Positions 1 to 12,597 of a stretch of 64,000 nucleotides of DNA are shown piece after piece; the first letter of the stretch is position 1, and every line of letters begins with the position of its first letter. The notes under the pieces are model-generated. The model ran no database searches and was not told where the DNA came from. It saw only the letters and a program-made list of their open reading frames with translations. Location of the stretch: positions 1,736,001-1,800,000 of the forward strand of contig CM035352.1 of NCBI GenBank assembly GCA_020137815.1, written 5' to 3'. The stretch is from Hormiphora californensis. Lineage: Eukaryota; Animalia; Ctenophora. Both the position numbers and the translations under genes were made by a program.

Positions 1-3000
1 AGAACAAACCGAGTTTCGGGAATGGATTAAAAGGTTGGATGAATTCTACGCTGGTCTAGGTATGTGTTTCTATTAAATATCATTAATTAGCTAATCAATT
101 ATCACATTCACACCACTCTTATATCTCGATATGGCTTTCACTTGATCCACACTCATGTCTAGAACTCATGTCTAGCACTTGGGAATGTCACATATCTCCT
201 TTCTAGGTCCTCCTCTCTCTGTAACATAGCACCATGGGGCAGTCATTGAACCTCCTTTGTTTCGGCAGTAGTTAGACGGTAGGGAGCCTGAAGGGTGGGT
301 TATTAGTTAGACGGTAGGGAGCCTGAAGGGTGGGTTATTAGTTAGACGGTAGGGAGCCTGAAGGGTGGGTTATTAGTTAGACGGTAGGGAGCCTGAAGGG
401 TGGGTTATTAGTTAGACGGTAGGGAGCCTGAAGCGTGGGTTATTAGTTAGACGGTAGGGAGCCTGAAGGGTGGGTTATTAGTTAGACGGTAGGGAGCCTG
501 AAGGGTGGGTTATTAGTTAGACGGTAGGGAGCCTGAAGGGTGGGTTATTAGTTAGACGGTAGGGAGCCTGAAGGGTGGGTTATTAGTTAGACGGTAGGGA
601 GCCTGAAGGGTGGGTTATTAGTTAGACGGTAGGGAGCCTGAAGAGAGGAGAGATATTAGGGACCTGAAGGGATATTAGGAATCTATAAAAGTTAAAACAG
701 TGTTAAGTGATAATAATTCTGGTGGTCGTGGATCCGATATTTTGTTAGAATCTTTCTAATTCATTATTATTATCCCATTGGGATTCCCAGACCTTGGGTA
801 CGGTGCACCCTCTCTTTTTGGGAAAAAACGTAGCGCGCGCGATAACATGAGACTGAGAGAGACAGCGCAGGAGGATAGAAGAAAGAGGGGATATCATACC
901 CAATCCCAGACCCATGGCGTGTGAGTTGAACTTACTCTCGGCAAGGGTCGGCTGATTCGGCCAATCATAACTCCACACCTGGCAATTCTTTCCGTCTCTC
1001 GTCCGTGATTCTCGCCCGGTATAGGAACTTCCGTCTCCCGTGTAGCAGTCATATTCACGTTCTATGAAAATCAATGGCTAAATTTTTTAGAAATTTCGGG
1101 GGTATTGCCTCGGAATTGTGTGTCCTTACTGGACATCATTTACAATCTCTGTCAGATTGGAATTAGAATGTTGAGATCTGACTTCTGTTCTAGTACTGCA
1201 CTAGGGGGGGGTCGAATATTGGTCTCTCTCTCTCTCTCTCTCTACCTGTCAGCCGAATGGATCGGATATTGTCGTTCCAAGTCTGGTACCATGTGTCTGA
1301 CATATCAACCTTCCTCAGGTCTCCCTCCCTTCTTCCCTCTCTCAGTACCATGGCATTCCCTCGGTAGTTGGACCGCGAATATACTATCCAGTTACCTGGA
1401 ATTAATAGATGGGTGATCTAGCAGTATAGTTAGTAAGTTGAATTGTTCATACTTTTTTCAAAGGCGACTCATTTAAAGCAAACTAGCTGATTTATTTCAC
1501 CAATTACTTAGCTGTCTTTCATTGTGATTGCACATCATGAACTTATCACTTTATCCCCTCATACCTCGAACAGCCTCTAATGCGGAGATATCTCTTAGCC
1601 AACCAACTTGATGTGAGTCTACAGAAGGGATATTGTGCTCTATCTCCTCGCATGGCGGATTTAAGTTGTCATGTTTACACACCCTTAACACGTGACCTGG
1701 GACAAAATAGTTATAACATAGTTATTACAGCTTCAACTCTATTTCATTGTCAGGACTAAGTTTTTTAAGATTCGCAATCTCCAATAACAAAACATTGACT
1801 GGGTCCAATACATGAAGCTACTTCATTTTACCTATGCATTGTCCAGGGTTTTTAAGAGTCGTGGTCTGATCGCGTGGGCATGGTGTACACGTTTTAGCTC
1901 CCTCTTTAAACGTGGTGAACCGCTAGGTATTGGAAGATCTCAGTTATATATCTCTCGGTTATCGCTCGGTTATCATTGGTTATCATTGGTCATTGTTCTA
2001 TCTCGGTTATCCTTTGTAAGGTGTATCTCTGTTATCATCGGTAGATGACAACAAAGTTATCCTCGGCATATAACTTACCCTGGGGCATGTTTGACAGGGT
2101 AGAAACCCAGTTGGTGAGGTGGTGCCCAGGGGACATTTTATCTCCGAGTCACTGCCAAACACTTGTACCTCGCTCACTGCTAGGTAGGTGGGAATACCCA
2201 TTCCACTCTCAATTCGAACCACCTGGAGAAAAGGTACCGTTGCTAGGGGGGATGGGAACCGTTGCTAGGGGGATATGGACCGTTGCTAGGTTAATTTGGA
2301 TACTGTCGTCTGGTCTGTTCCAGAAACGAGTGAACGACTTTCCCGATTCTAAAGAGCACTATCCTTACCTGTCCCTGGATATAACAGGGAAGTACCACCA
2401 CTCCCAGTGTCGTGTTTGAGAGGTGAATGGTTCCAATGTGGGTTCCATCGACTGTAACCCAGGCCCCATCCAGACCTGTCATAGTGTCCCTAGGTATCCT
2501 GACCACAACACTCCCAATAGTGTACCTCTGGTAATTCATTAATTAGTACCTCTAGTATAGTAATTGTATAGTAATTAAAATTCATTTATTTAGGGATAGT
2601 TGGCTAGACTAGCTAATGGTGGTATAGGTATTGCCCTATTGAATCTGTGCTTGTTCTAAAGATCACAGCCTACCTGTCCCAGATCCAACCTGCACCAAGG
2701 GTTTGAATGATTACTTGGAAGCCAGTTGAGCAAACCTACTTCTGGGAATTCAAGATTGGGTCAGGTCACCGTCTATCGCTTTCTCCGGCACGCCACCCCA
2801 TGTCACATCTGAATAGGGAATTCTTGGTTACACAAGGTCTTCCAAATGTATTGGTGACAAGAATCTATTGAAAAGGTTGATGGAACGACAAGTAATATGT
2901 GAGCTAGATCTGTCTAATTATGTACTACTAATCACTGCTAATCACTGCTAATTACTGCTAATTACTGCTCTGTGTGGCGGTCCCCCTTGGTGCGAGATTC

Positions 3001-3126
3001 TCCTGTTTACACTGATCAGCTGATGAGGCGCCCCCTCCATCTGTCTGTTTCCCGTCTGTGAATAATTGTTATTTGAAGGGGACCTAGCTATATCATCATG
3101 AAAAGAGCACTCGGACCAGTTGACAT

Positions 3127-3189
<63 letters not shown>

Positions 3190-6100
3190 CTTCTCTCTCG
3201 CTCCTCTCTCTCTCTCTCTCTCTCTCTCTGCTCTTCACCTCCCTTTCCTTCTCTAGCATCGTTAGATAGCTATTGATTTATCAGTTTAAATAGTCCAGCC
3301 TTTCTGGTTTAAACAAGACACTACTTAGCTCTTCTCAGTTGTCTATCTATTGAAGAAGAGATTCACTTTCAGTCTAATACTATTGATTATCATTTACTGG
3401 TTTCTACCTGGCATGGTTTACACAAGTGTCCCCATCAGTTCGCTTAACTGTCGGGGCACACGGTTGTAACGGCTAATCCGTGCGTTGGAGCTCCAGGGTG
3501 TACGGTCGTTCTGAAATACAATCCCCACTCGACTTAGTTCCCGTATCTCCCGTTTTTTTGACCCGGTTACGTCAAAAAGTAACGACCTAACGTCTTCTGT
3601 TAATTTGTAAAGACCAACGTTTGGGGCGCCCTTTCTAGTTGCTGTTTAAAGGGGCGTTTCAAATTTTTTCCCGAGGGTTTGGGGCCCCCCTATTTTTTCA
3701 ACTTTGTTAGACCCGGGGGAAATTCTCCCAAAACCGTGGGCCGCCAAATTCGTAAAATAACCGACTAGTCGGTCAAAAATGGTTACGGGCGTCGGTGTTC
3801 TAAAGAAAAAAAGGTTTTTTTGGGGTTTAGCTCATTTTCATCAGTGGCAAAACAAATTTTGTAAAATTATTCAGACATTTTACAGTTTACCTTTTAAAAA
3901 AATTCCCAAGTTTAGGTTCTAACCGTTTAAAAAATTTTTTTTAAAAAAGGGTGTCTTTGGTGAGACACACCCAACTACTGAGTATATTCAGTTGTCAGTA
4001 TAACTATTGAGAGATTCAGTTGTCAGTATAATTACTATTGAAGAAAAAGAAGATTGTTACTGGTTTCTACCTGGGCATGGTTTACACAAGGTGGCCCCAT
4101 CAGTATCGCTATAACTGTCTCGGGGGCACACGGTGCACGGCTCAAATCCAGTGGCGCTGGAGCTGCCAGGGGTACAGGGTGTCCTAGAAATACAATCCCC
4201 ACTGGACTTAGATCCCGTACTCTCAGTTGTGTGACCCGGTGGACAGTCTACACAACGATCTGCCCCTGACTCCGCCTACAACATTGTGTTTTATGAAGGA
4301 GTATAAAAGCTAACCAGTCTATCGTTTCTAGCGATAAAGGAGCATGATGAATTTTGATAAAGGAGTATAATAAATTTTGATAAAGGAGTAGAATATGTTT
4401 TAATCAAGAAGTACATACCTGATATCTTCCAACAGCACAAGGAACACATGATTTACTGGCCAACTTGTTGTTGAAGGTACCTGGATTACATTCTATGCAC
4501 GGTCCATATCTACCAGTAGTGCTGTATCTTCCCGCAGGACATAGTCCTGTAGCAAATATACAACTGTTCGGTTGTTACTGTAAAAAGATGCTAGCAAAAG
4601 TGCTGATTGGGATCTTGAACCAATCGAAATGATGTTCATAAATCTGATCAAATAGTAAATACTTTGGCGTTGATAGTTAAACATCTCATTTTAATCTCTT
4701 TATAAAAGCTGCCAGAGTTTGTAGAGTCAGGGTGGGACTCTCACGTCCCTTACTCAGAGTTTAAAACGTACCATGACAAGGTCCCTCCCAATCTGTATAA
4801 TCGGTAACATGCTGAGCATAGTCGGACTCGGTGAAGACTGTGAAATCGCTGTTCTCACTGAACCCTGCAGAGATAGGGAAGTTTAGATCTATTATTAGAT
4901 ATTACGATAACTTCTTTTTCGTTGAGGCTGTAGCACAGACGGCTACGTTTCCCAGCCTGGGATGACACTAAATACCTATCTAACTACCCAAATATTTAAG
5001 AAAATCTGTCGAATTTCAAAATAGCACCCACATACAAGCTACTGAAAAGAGGTTATATACCCCAACTACTGCATATAATGTTACTGGTGCGCTGGTGTGG
5101 AGGACTGGATGGGTATAATACCAATGTATTACCTATGATTCCCTTCCTACAGAGTGCCCTTGCCAGCTCGCAATAACTTGTAAATGGTTCAGCAGTTCCC
5201 TGGTCCGTAGTAGCACACACCGGTTTGGGGTCTGTGACATCATCACACTTGGGACATGTCCCTATGACATTGTCATCTTGGCAGGCTCCCAACGATGCGA
5301 TAAAATCATCAACCTGCAGTGTGTGTGATGATACACGATTCAAATAGTTTTCGTGACATTTCAATGTACCTTCCATTTCTTATTAATGTAATACTGCAGA
5401 GCTATGGATAGATATTTAGAAATTGTAAGAAATCTAAACCTGGGCCTCAAGATTGAATGGTATTGATATCAACATCGGGTCCGGCAGTGATAATTCCAAG
5501 ATGACACAGTGCCACAAACAGGTCACACTTTGTTTGGTACGTTTGTCCGTCTATACCACACAACTCAAAGTCACCTCCAGCCCACTTACTGAAAAACATG
5601 GAGTGTTTCATTGTGGTGCTCCTTCATAAAACTAAATGTTACACCTGCATGTTAAAATAAGTTTTATGAAGGAGCACTACCTGCAAGTTGGACATTCAGC
5701 AAGAGTTGGTGTCGCCTGTAGAGAGCTACAGAGAAGCAGTAGAGAAAGGAATGGTAACATGTTAATTCAGAACTGGATCATTTGTAACGAGGCGGTGTGA
5801 AGAAGAGCCCTTTCTTTCCTAATTTTCCCCAATACCTGTCTCTAGATCTTTCTCGCCACATTTAAACCTACCCAGGTGTCCAACTATTTCACCCGCTCTA
5901 ACCACGTTTACCACCACCCTCTATCACTTTTATGATTGCCGCCACCCCCCCCCCAGACACAATCACCTGACCACCTGACTATATGGTCTATGATGACCCC
6001 CGCTTTAATTAGATTGCAGCCGTACTCGAGAACAATCATGTACCATACATTGTACGTGGTCCTCCTTCTCGGACTTCTCAATCACATACAAAAACGTCAC

Positions 6101-9100
6101 GATTTATAATTAAAAACGTTCCAAGGCATCACTTGCTCTGCTAGAACTCAACTTATATCATAGCGCTGGCAAGCGCCCGGGGCCCAATCCTCCCTCCCCT
6201 CAACCATCCTTCCCCTAAAAATGTCCCTCTTCCAAGCATCTTTCCTTCCAGTTAAAGGAAAATCGAAATTGCGAAAAAAAATTTTTGAAATTTTTTGAAA
6301 ATTTTTGAAAATTCTGACAGCGCTACTATACTTATTGTCTGAAATCGGCGATTTCAACTTAGTTTTAGACAACCTTCTCGTTGTCCTACGAACATGCCGC
6401 TTGGTAGTTCGTGTTGCCTTGACACCTAGAGTACACGTTTAAAATTTCATCCAAATCGGAGTTACGGTTTTTGCGCTACAGATGGTCGTATTTTAGACAA
6501 AATGTCCGTTTTTAGCGTGACGAACCACCGTAAAGTAACCACTTTTTTGCGTACACGATGGAGGCCACAATTTTAAAGCTATCACCATGAAACTTTGGGA
6601 GTCGGTAGGTCTAGTGGTGTACCTTGTATTAAAGCTTGGACAGAGAAAACAGACAGTCGTAACAAAAGTTATGACTGTCTTAAGTTTTGTTTGGCGTTTT
6701 ACGTTTAAGACGGCCTTCCCGTCGTTCTACGAACACGTCGCTTGGTACGTGGTGTTGCCTTGACATCTTGAACACACGTTCGAAATTTCAAGCAAATCCG
6801 AGTTACGGTTCTTCAGTTACGGGCATCTGACTGTATTAAGATTTAAGACGATTTTCAAAAAAACCTAGAAATGAGCAAATTAAACTATAAATCATGATTT
6901 TATGATTTATATTTTGCCAACGTTGGTCAACTGCTGTATTTTCAGATATAATTGGTAGTCATATCTAGATTTATGACTGTCTTAAATTTAAGACGATTTA
7001 AAAAAACACCTAGAAAGAAGGGATTCAGAGTCTAAATTAACATTGAATCAGATTTATTTTATAAAATTAGGTTTACTGTCGCATTTTCAGTTATAATTGG
7101 TAGTCATATCTAGAGTTATGACTGTCTTAAATATAAGACGATTTTAAAAACATCCGAGAAAAAAGCGAATTAGTACCTAACCTGATTGTATCAGATATAT
7201 CTGATTATCAATGCGTATCCGTGATCATTATCCGTGACTAATAATCAAAATCATAGAATAATCGCGGAGAACCAATCGCAGATATAATCAATCGCTGATA
7301 ACTAATAAATAATAGTAATCGCACATAACTAATCACGATAACTTATCTCAAATAAGTAATATAGTAAGTATTATTAATAGTAACCAATCGCGGGTAGCTA
7401 ATCGCAGATAGCTAAGATCGCGATAACTGATTGCGATATCTTATAACGGATTCGTGATCAGTTATCCGCAATTGGTTGTCTGCGATTACTATCATATTAG
7501 TGATTCGCAATTGATATCCGATATTGGATATCTATATCTGCGATTGTTATGAGGCTACCTACAATTGTAAAAGTCCGTGAATCCCCAATCTGCGTTGATT
7601 AAGAATTACAAAATGCATGTCATATGCATGTCATATGTAGTAATATAACAAAATGCCTGATACTAGATCCAAAAACCAAACAAGTTTGGTGGATAGCCGG
7701 GGCCGCAGAAATTAAAAACGTGCGAAAGTTTTGATACATGAACTTTCGGGGCCTGGGGTGCTGTTAAATTCGCGTTTCCATGATAGTCAGCCGTTCTTTC
7801 AAAACACACTATGATTCTGTAAACCAGACTCTGAAACGACCCACTGTGTGCAGTACATTATATGTGATATTTGTGGATCAGTATGTATGAAAATGTGTTA
7901 TATAAATTAATAATAATAATTTGATCATTGCAATAGTTTTCCTGGCGTATAGTTTGAAAGTGTTGCTGGTTATGATTATGGAAACGCGAATTTAACAGCA
8001 CCCCAGGCCCCGAAAGTTCATGTATCAAAACTTTCGCACGTTTTTTAATTTCTGCGGCCCCGGCTATCCACCAAACTTGTTTGGTTTTTGGATCTAGTTC
8101 GAAGCCAGATCACGCTGCTAAAATTCGCTAATTATGCTCCATCACACACAGGTCGGGCAAGTTACTACGAGCGTAATCTGGAGACGTGGCGACAACTGTG
8201 GAGGACCCTGGAGATGAGTGACGTCATTCTCTTTGTTTGTGACGTCAGATACCCCACTCTACACTTTTCACACCCCGTCTACAAGTGTGAGTAATATCAT
8301 CTTCCTCTCCGTTGTCATGACTACCTGATTGTAATGTCGGCCCGGTTCGGAGAGAGTAGACAAGCTCTAGTCTAGCTAAAGCTGCCAATAGACTAGAGAA
8401 ACTTACAGTTATAGTTGAGTTGATAACATCAATCTCACAAAATCATTTTACACCCCCCCCCCTAGACATATCAGAGGAACTAGAGAAGCCGGTGATCTTA
8501 GTACTAAACAAGATCGACATGGTAAACCCTGCTGTCTCTGTCTCCTGGAAACGATACTTTGAATCCTCCTACCCTGGCCTCCGGGTCGTCCTCTTCTCCT
8601 CTTGTCCCGACCGGCAAAAGGTGGTTGAGAACACGGGGAAGAGGTTGCTAAAGAGAGATATCGTTAGGAAACAGGGATGGGCGTACGGGGCTGATAGCTT
8701 GATTCAACTTGCTAAAGTGTGGTATGAGGACAGGGTTTCTAAAGATCTGCCGACCCCAACCACAGCTGACCAGACCCCCAAGAAGGAGGAAGAGGAGGAG
8801 GAGGAGAGTTTTGTTACAGTTGGCATGATAGGTCAGCCTAACGCTGGGAAGAGTTCCCTGATTAATGGGCTGTTACAGGACAAGAAAGTCAGCGTTTCAA
8901 GGACCCCCGGACACACTAAACATTTTCAGGTACGTGTTTTATGCAGACAGGTAAAACATGAATTGAGAACTGTATATTATTACAGTCGGACCCCGATTTA
9001 CCGGGATGCTCGGGGGAAAGGGTTTTGCCCGGTAAATCGGGGTCCGACTGTACATCGGTATACATGAATTGAGATTATTAACTAGATAACGACAAACGAT

Positions 9101-9971
9101 TCAATAACAAGGGTACTAGATCTAAATCACATTGTTTCAGACGATATTCTATAGTGCAGATATACGGTTGTGTGACTGTCCTGGTCTTGTATTCCCAACC
9201 ACTGCACCAAAACAACTCCAGATAGTTTCAGGAATGTTCCCCGTCTCACAGGTAAATACAACACCATATATGGTATGTCACGTGACACACAACACCATAT
9301 ATGGCATGTCACGTGACACGCAATACCATATTTGGGCATGTTACAAATCCTCCTCCCTCCAGGTCAGAGAGCCCTATTCGATAGTACAGTACGTTGCTGA
9401 AAGGTTAGATCTGGTTACCTACCTGAGAGTGGAGCCACCTGATGAGGATGAACCCTGGTCCGCCTGGTACATCTGTTACGCTTGGGCCGAGAAACATGGC
9501 TTCACCACCGCACGAACCGGTAATGTATGGGGGCTCAACTCTCTCTCGCTCACCTTGTGTGGCTCAGAATGCCATTTTGAGGGTTCGGTAGATCAAAAAA
9601 ACATGGTATGTAAAGGAGGGTTACACTTTAGCATGGGGGGCCCCATTGGGGGCTAGCCGATATACCAATATTAATGTTATATCCTCCTTTCAGGTCGTGC
9701 TGATGTGTACAGGGGTGCTAACTCCATCCTCCGACTGGTGGTAGAGGGGCGACTGTGTCTCCGTCTTGTCCCACCCAACTACACCAACACCCCCATAGTC
9801 GGGGGTTATCTAGAGCTGTTATCTGATTTGATGAAGTTCGCTACCAAGGAAGAGGAGGAGGGAGATGAGGAGGAGAGTTTTAGTGAGGAAGATAGTTCTG
9901 AAGGAGATGAGGAGGAGGATGTGACATCTGGAGGAAATGCGTTCAGTTTGTTGACACAGCTCGATGATTAG
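1..9971 (+). CDS. GNL1: GNL1-like circularly permuted GTPase; 5' end outside window; exons ~<1-59, 8152-8286, 8466-8929, 9140-9251, 9363-9519, 9694-9971
   Basis: Exon 2-59 (EQTEFREWIKRLDEFYAGL-G) ends in a phase-1 gtatgt donor matching the phase-1 acceptor at 8151 (G-RASYYERNLETWRQLWRTLEMSD, GNL1 signature); G4 NKID precedes G1 GQPNAGKS, TPGHTKHFQT and G3 DCPG; acidic C-terminal tail. Confidence 0.92.
172..5760 (-). CDS. Secreted mosaic protein: signal peptide, 2 Kazal-like domains, GCC2/GCC3 (ephrin-receptor-like) Cys repeats, fucolectin/F5-8C-like domain, C-terminal kringle; multi-exon
   Basis: ATG 5760 MLPFLSLLLLCSSLQA; ELCGIDGQTYQTKCDLFVALC; PVCATTD..TSYCELARALC; CPAGRYSTTGRYGPCIECNPGTF; AIDG..YLAVSEVQVFG; CYTGDGSSYTG..CQVW|NYCRN..PWCY..CDIPKC* (stop 172-174); one +1 frameshift near 5450; internal exon boundaries only partly resolved. 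Confidence 0.8.
271..644. repeat. 35-bp tandem repeat, ~11 copies, spanning the acceptor of the last kringle exon
   Basis: Unit gttagacggtagggagcctgaagggtgggttatta starting at 271, 306, 341 ... 621. Confidence 0.95.
3129..3230. repeat. (CT)n microsatellite
   Basis: Directly visible. Confidence 0.95.
6370..7150. repeat. Degenerate element with internal direct repeats (probable transposon remnant)
   Basis: Similar blocks at ~6375-6480 and ~6715-6820, and at ~6935-7010 and ~7075-7150; no coding signal. Confidence 0.45.
7662..8098. mobile_element. MITE with ~120-bp terminal inverted repeats, in GNL1 intron
   Basis: actagatccaaaaaccaaacaagtttggtggatagccgggg... is mirrored at ~7978-8098; no clear TSD. 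Confidence 0.8.
8983..9050. mobile_element. Tc1/mariner-pogo-type MITE (CAGTCGGACCCCGATTTA family), 68 bp
   Basis: TA|CAGTCGGACCCCGATTTA...TAAATCGGGGTCCGACTG|TA. Confidence 0.85.
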
Positions 9972-10285
9972 AATATTGTTTTATAATGTCATGAATTCAT
10001 AAAATTAGTTAAGTTAGGGGAATTACAGCGTTTTTGTTTTATCCAGGCATCATCGTACCGATTCATAAATCATGGTCAGCGTAATACCCCAATCCTCCTA
10101 TCTCTCTCTCTCTCTCTCTCTTTCTGTCTGAGAAGAAGAGAGATATCAAATCAGACATACCCTGTAGCTAACTAACTACCCAAACCAGATCAGACATAAC
10201 TATCATGCCAGATCACCATTTAGCATGCCTAGAATTAAACCCTCAACATATTTTAGCTAAAACCCTCAATATATTTTAGCTAAAT

Positions 10286-11469
10286 ATGGCCCAAAGATCA
10301 GGACGGCTGGGGAAGGAGTTTGCCCGGTTGAAATGTGAGCCAGTACCGGGAATCAGTGTCTCAGATTGTGAGGATCTGGGTAGGTGCAGGTGTCAGATTA
10401 CTGGACCACCTGATACCGTGTATCAAGATGGGGTGTGGGAGGTGGAGTTGACCTTCCCTGACCGTTACCCCTTTCAACCACCAGCAGTCAAGTTCATTAC
10501 AAAGGTACTATATATTAGTACATTTTCATAAATCATATTGTCTGGCAGTGCACTCTCACGTCTAATCATTGTGTTGACACTTCATTGTTATTAGGCAGAG
10601 AATTCTTCCATTTTCTGATGATGTACTGTCAGGCCAATGCTCTGACCACAGTTCTCGCGCGAGAGAAATGAGAATAGGGTCAGGCCAATGCTCTGACAGT
10701 GGATTTATGTAATTTATCAACCCCCCATTTCATTATTTCAGATTTATCACCCCAATATAGACGAGGCTGGACGAGTGTGTTTGGACCTGCTGCATTGCCC
10801 TCCCAAGGGCTCCTGGAAACCCGTTCACAATATTCGCACCGTCCTTCTCAGCGTGAGTTTATAGCTCTAGCTATAGCTTTAGCAATTCAACAATTGTTTT
10901 AGTCTTGTTAGTATTCTTTTAACCCGTGCGATAAGCACATGATGCCCTGTCGGTAGTTTTGAGAAACCGATGGTAGGACTTTAGTAGGCGGGGAAACGTA
11001 TTGCTATCAATTATATGCGTTTTAGTAAAACTGTTTTATTGCACTGGATACCTTTGTTGAGTTGCTCAACATGCAGGAACCGACCGGATTAAGTAAACAA
11101 TCAATCAGAACTCGTTATTTAGGTCACGTGACTGGTTATCAGCCAATCAGGGACCAGTATTTCCTGATTCGTTCGGTTCCTGTCAACATGCATACCTGCT
11201 GATTATTGAGACATATTATATGTGTGTACCCCTTGCTGCAGGTGCGGTTGTTGTTGAGTGAGCCCAACCCAGATGATGGATTGATAGCAGACATCTCAAA
11301 TGAGTACAAATTTAACAGACCCCAGTTCGAGGAGACAGCCCGACATTGGACCATCAAACATGCCACATTGGACAAATCAGTTGTAGCGCCCACATCGGGC
11401 AAGTCAGTTGTAGCGCCCAAAGACAAGTCAGTAGCGCCCAAAAACATTGATAAGCAATCCCCTGTGTAG
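10286..11469 (+). CDS. UBE2T: Ubiquitin-conjugating enzyme E2 T; exons 10286-10504, 10742-10852, 11242-11469
   Basis: RYPFQPP..|[27 protein letters not shown]..|[35 protein letters not shown]; the PPKGxW insert and C-terminal extension are typical of UBE2T. Confidence 0.9.
11074..11182. mobile_element. hAT-type MITE, 109 bp, 8-bp TSD, in UBE2T intron
   Basis: tcaacatg|CAGGAACCGA...TCGGTTCCTG|tcaacatg; partial inverted copy at ~27550-27605. Confidence 0.9.
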
Positions 11470-11715
11470 CTCACACTGTGAGGGTTCTGCAGAGCAAGCC
11501 ATCCCCTCAAACTTTTAACTTAGGACTCATAACCTTCAGTTCCAATTGCAACTGTTCTCGCGCACTCCGCGATGGAAATCTATAGGGTCAGGCCTAACCT
11601 TCCCTATTTGTCCATTCGGAGCTGTTTTGAAACAAAATCTCAAAAATGTGTCCCTTAGGATGTCTAGAGGACACCTTTCACTGCAATCTGACGACTCGAA
11701 AATTTTCGAAGAGTT

Positions 11716-12066
11716 TGAGTAGCGCGGCCGGAAATTATGCGAACGTTTGCGAATGTCTGCAATGATTCGCGATGACATGCTATACTTTGCTATATCCTGC
11801 GATTTTTTGCGATTTTATGCGATTTTTTGCGAATTTGGCGGAGAGTCTTCGTAATGAATTAGCATTCATTCGCATGCGATCGCATGAGATCGCATTTAGT
11901 AGCAAAATATTGAATTCGTTCGCATTCTATCGCATTTATTAGCAAGTGGTGGCAAACAATCGCATTATGTCGCAATCACATTTTATCGCAACTATTTGCA
12001 ATCAATCGCAAACATTTGCATTGGTTCGCAAACACTCGCACAATTATAGGCCGGATGCGGCAGCTC
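11716..12066. repeat. Degenerate inverted element rich in TGCGA/TCGCA motifs (old MITE-like)
   Basis: TGCGA-rich left half, TCGCA-rich right half, weakly inverted ends; a similar texture occurs at ~7215-7545. Confidence 0.4.
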
Positions 12067-12597
12067 TGCATTCATTCAAGATGTTATTCTAAGGTGATTT
12101 CCCTCTAGTTATGATGTCGTCAACATATTCTAGGGGGCACATTGTTGAATTTCAAAAATTTTGATTTTGACTCAGGCCACAATAACAGTGCAACTGTCTG
12201 GGGATTCTTGTGCAACTCTGCATCTTCAAGGGCATGATCACGGACACGGGTGGGGTCTTCGTTTTGACAGTGCAGTTCGAGATAAGAGTATAACTGATTT
12301 GCGTTGGAGACACTGACAGTGCACTGTGCAGTGTGCAGCACGAGACAGGGAACGTGCATCACCAGACGGTGAAACTACGTGGGTAACCTCTACTGAATTG
12401 AGAGACAAGTGGGCACTGGGCATGCAATAAGAGATAAAGAGAGAACCTTACTTTCTAACATTTGACAATGACAGCCACCTTTTAAATGTTATTCAATAAA
12501 ATTATAATATTTCACTAGACTTCCTTGCATGTCGCATGATATTTCTTGTCATAAGACCCACTGGCGGTGTATTAACCAACAATTCTTTTGTAGCGTT

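Noticed and set aside
271-644. CRISPR-like appearance of the tandem arrays (also 23933, 52098, 57200)
   Set aside because: No unique spacers, no cas genes, eukaryotic context
2948-3259. ER-repeat ORFs (also 36096-36369)
   Set aside because: Translations of CT/GA microsatellites
3330-3985. Degenerate tandem copy of the GCC-repeat exon at 4070-4277
   Set aside because: Indel-riddled and decays into homopolymer-rich noise; looks like an uncorrected low-quality read segment rather than a real duplication
5445-5450. In-frame TGA in the Kazal exon as possible selenocysteine
   Set aside because: The downstream splice phase requires a 1-nt frameshift upstream of it, which removes the TGA from frame
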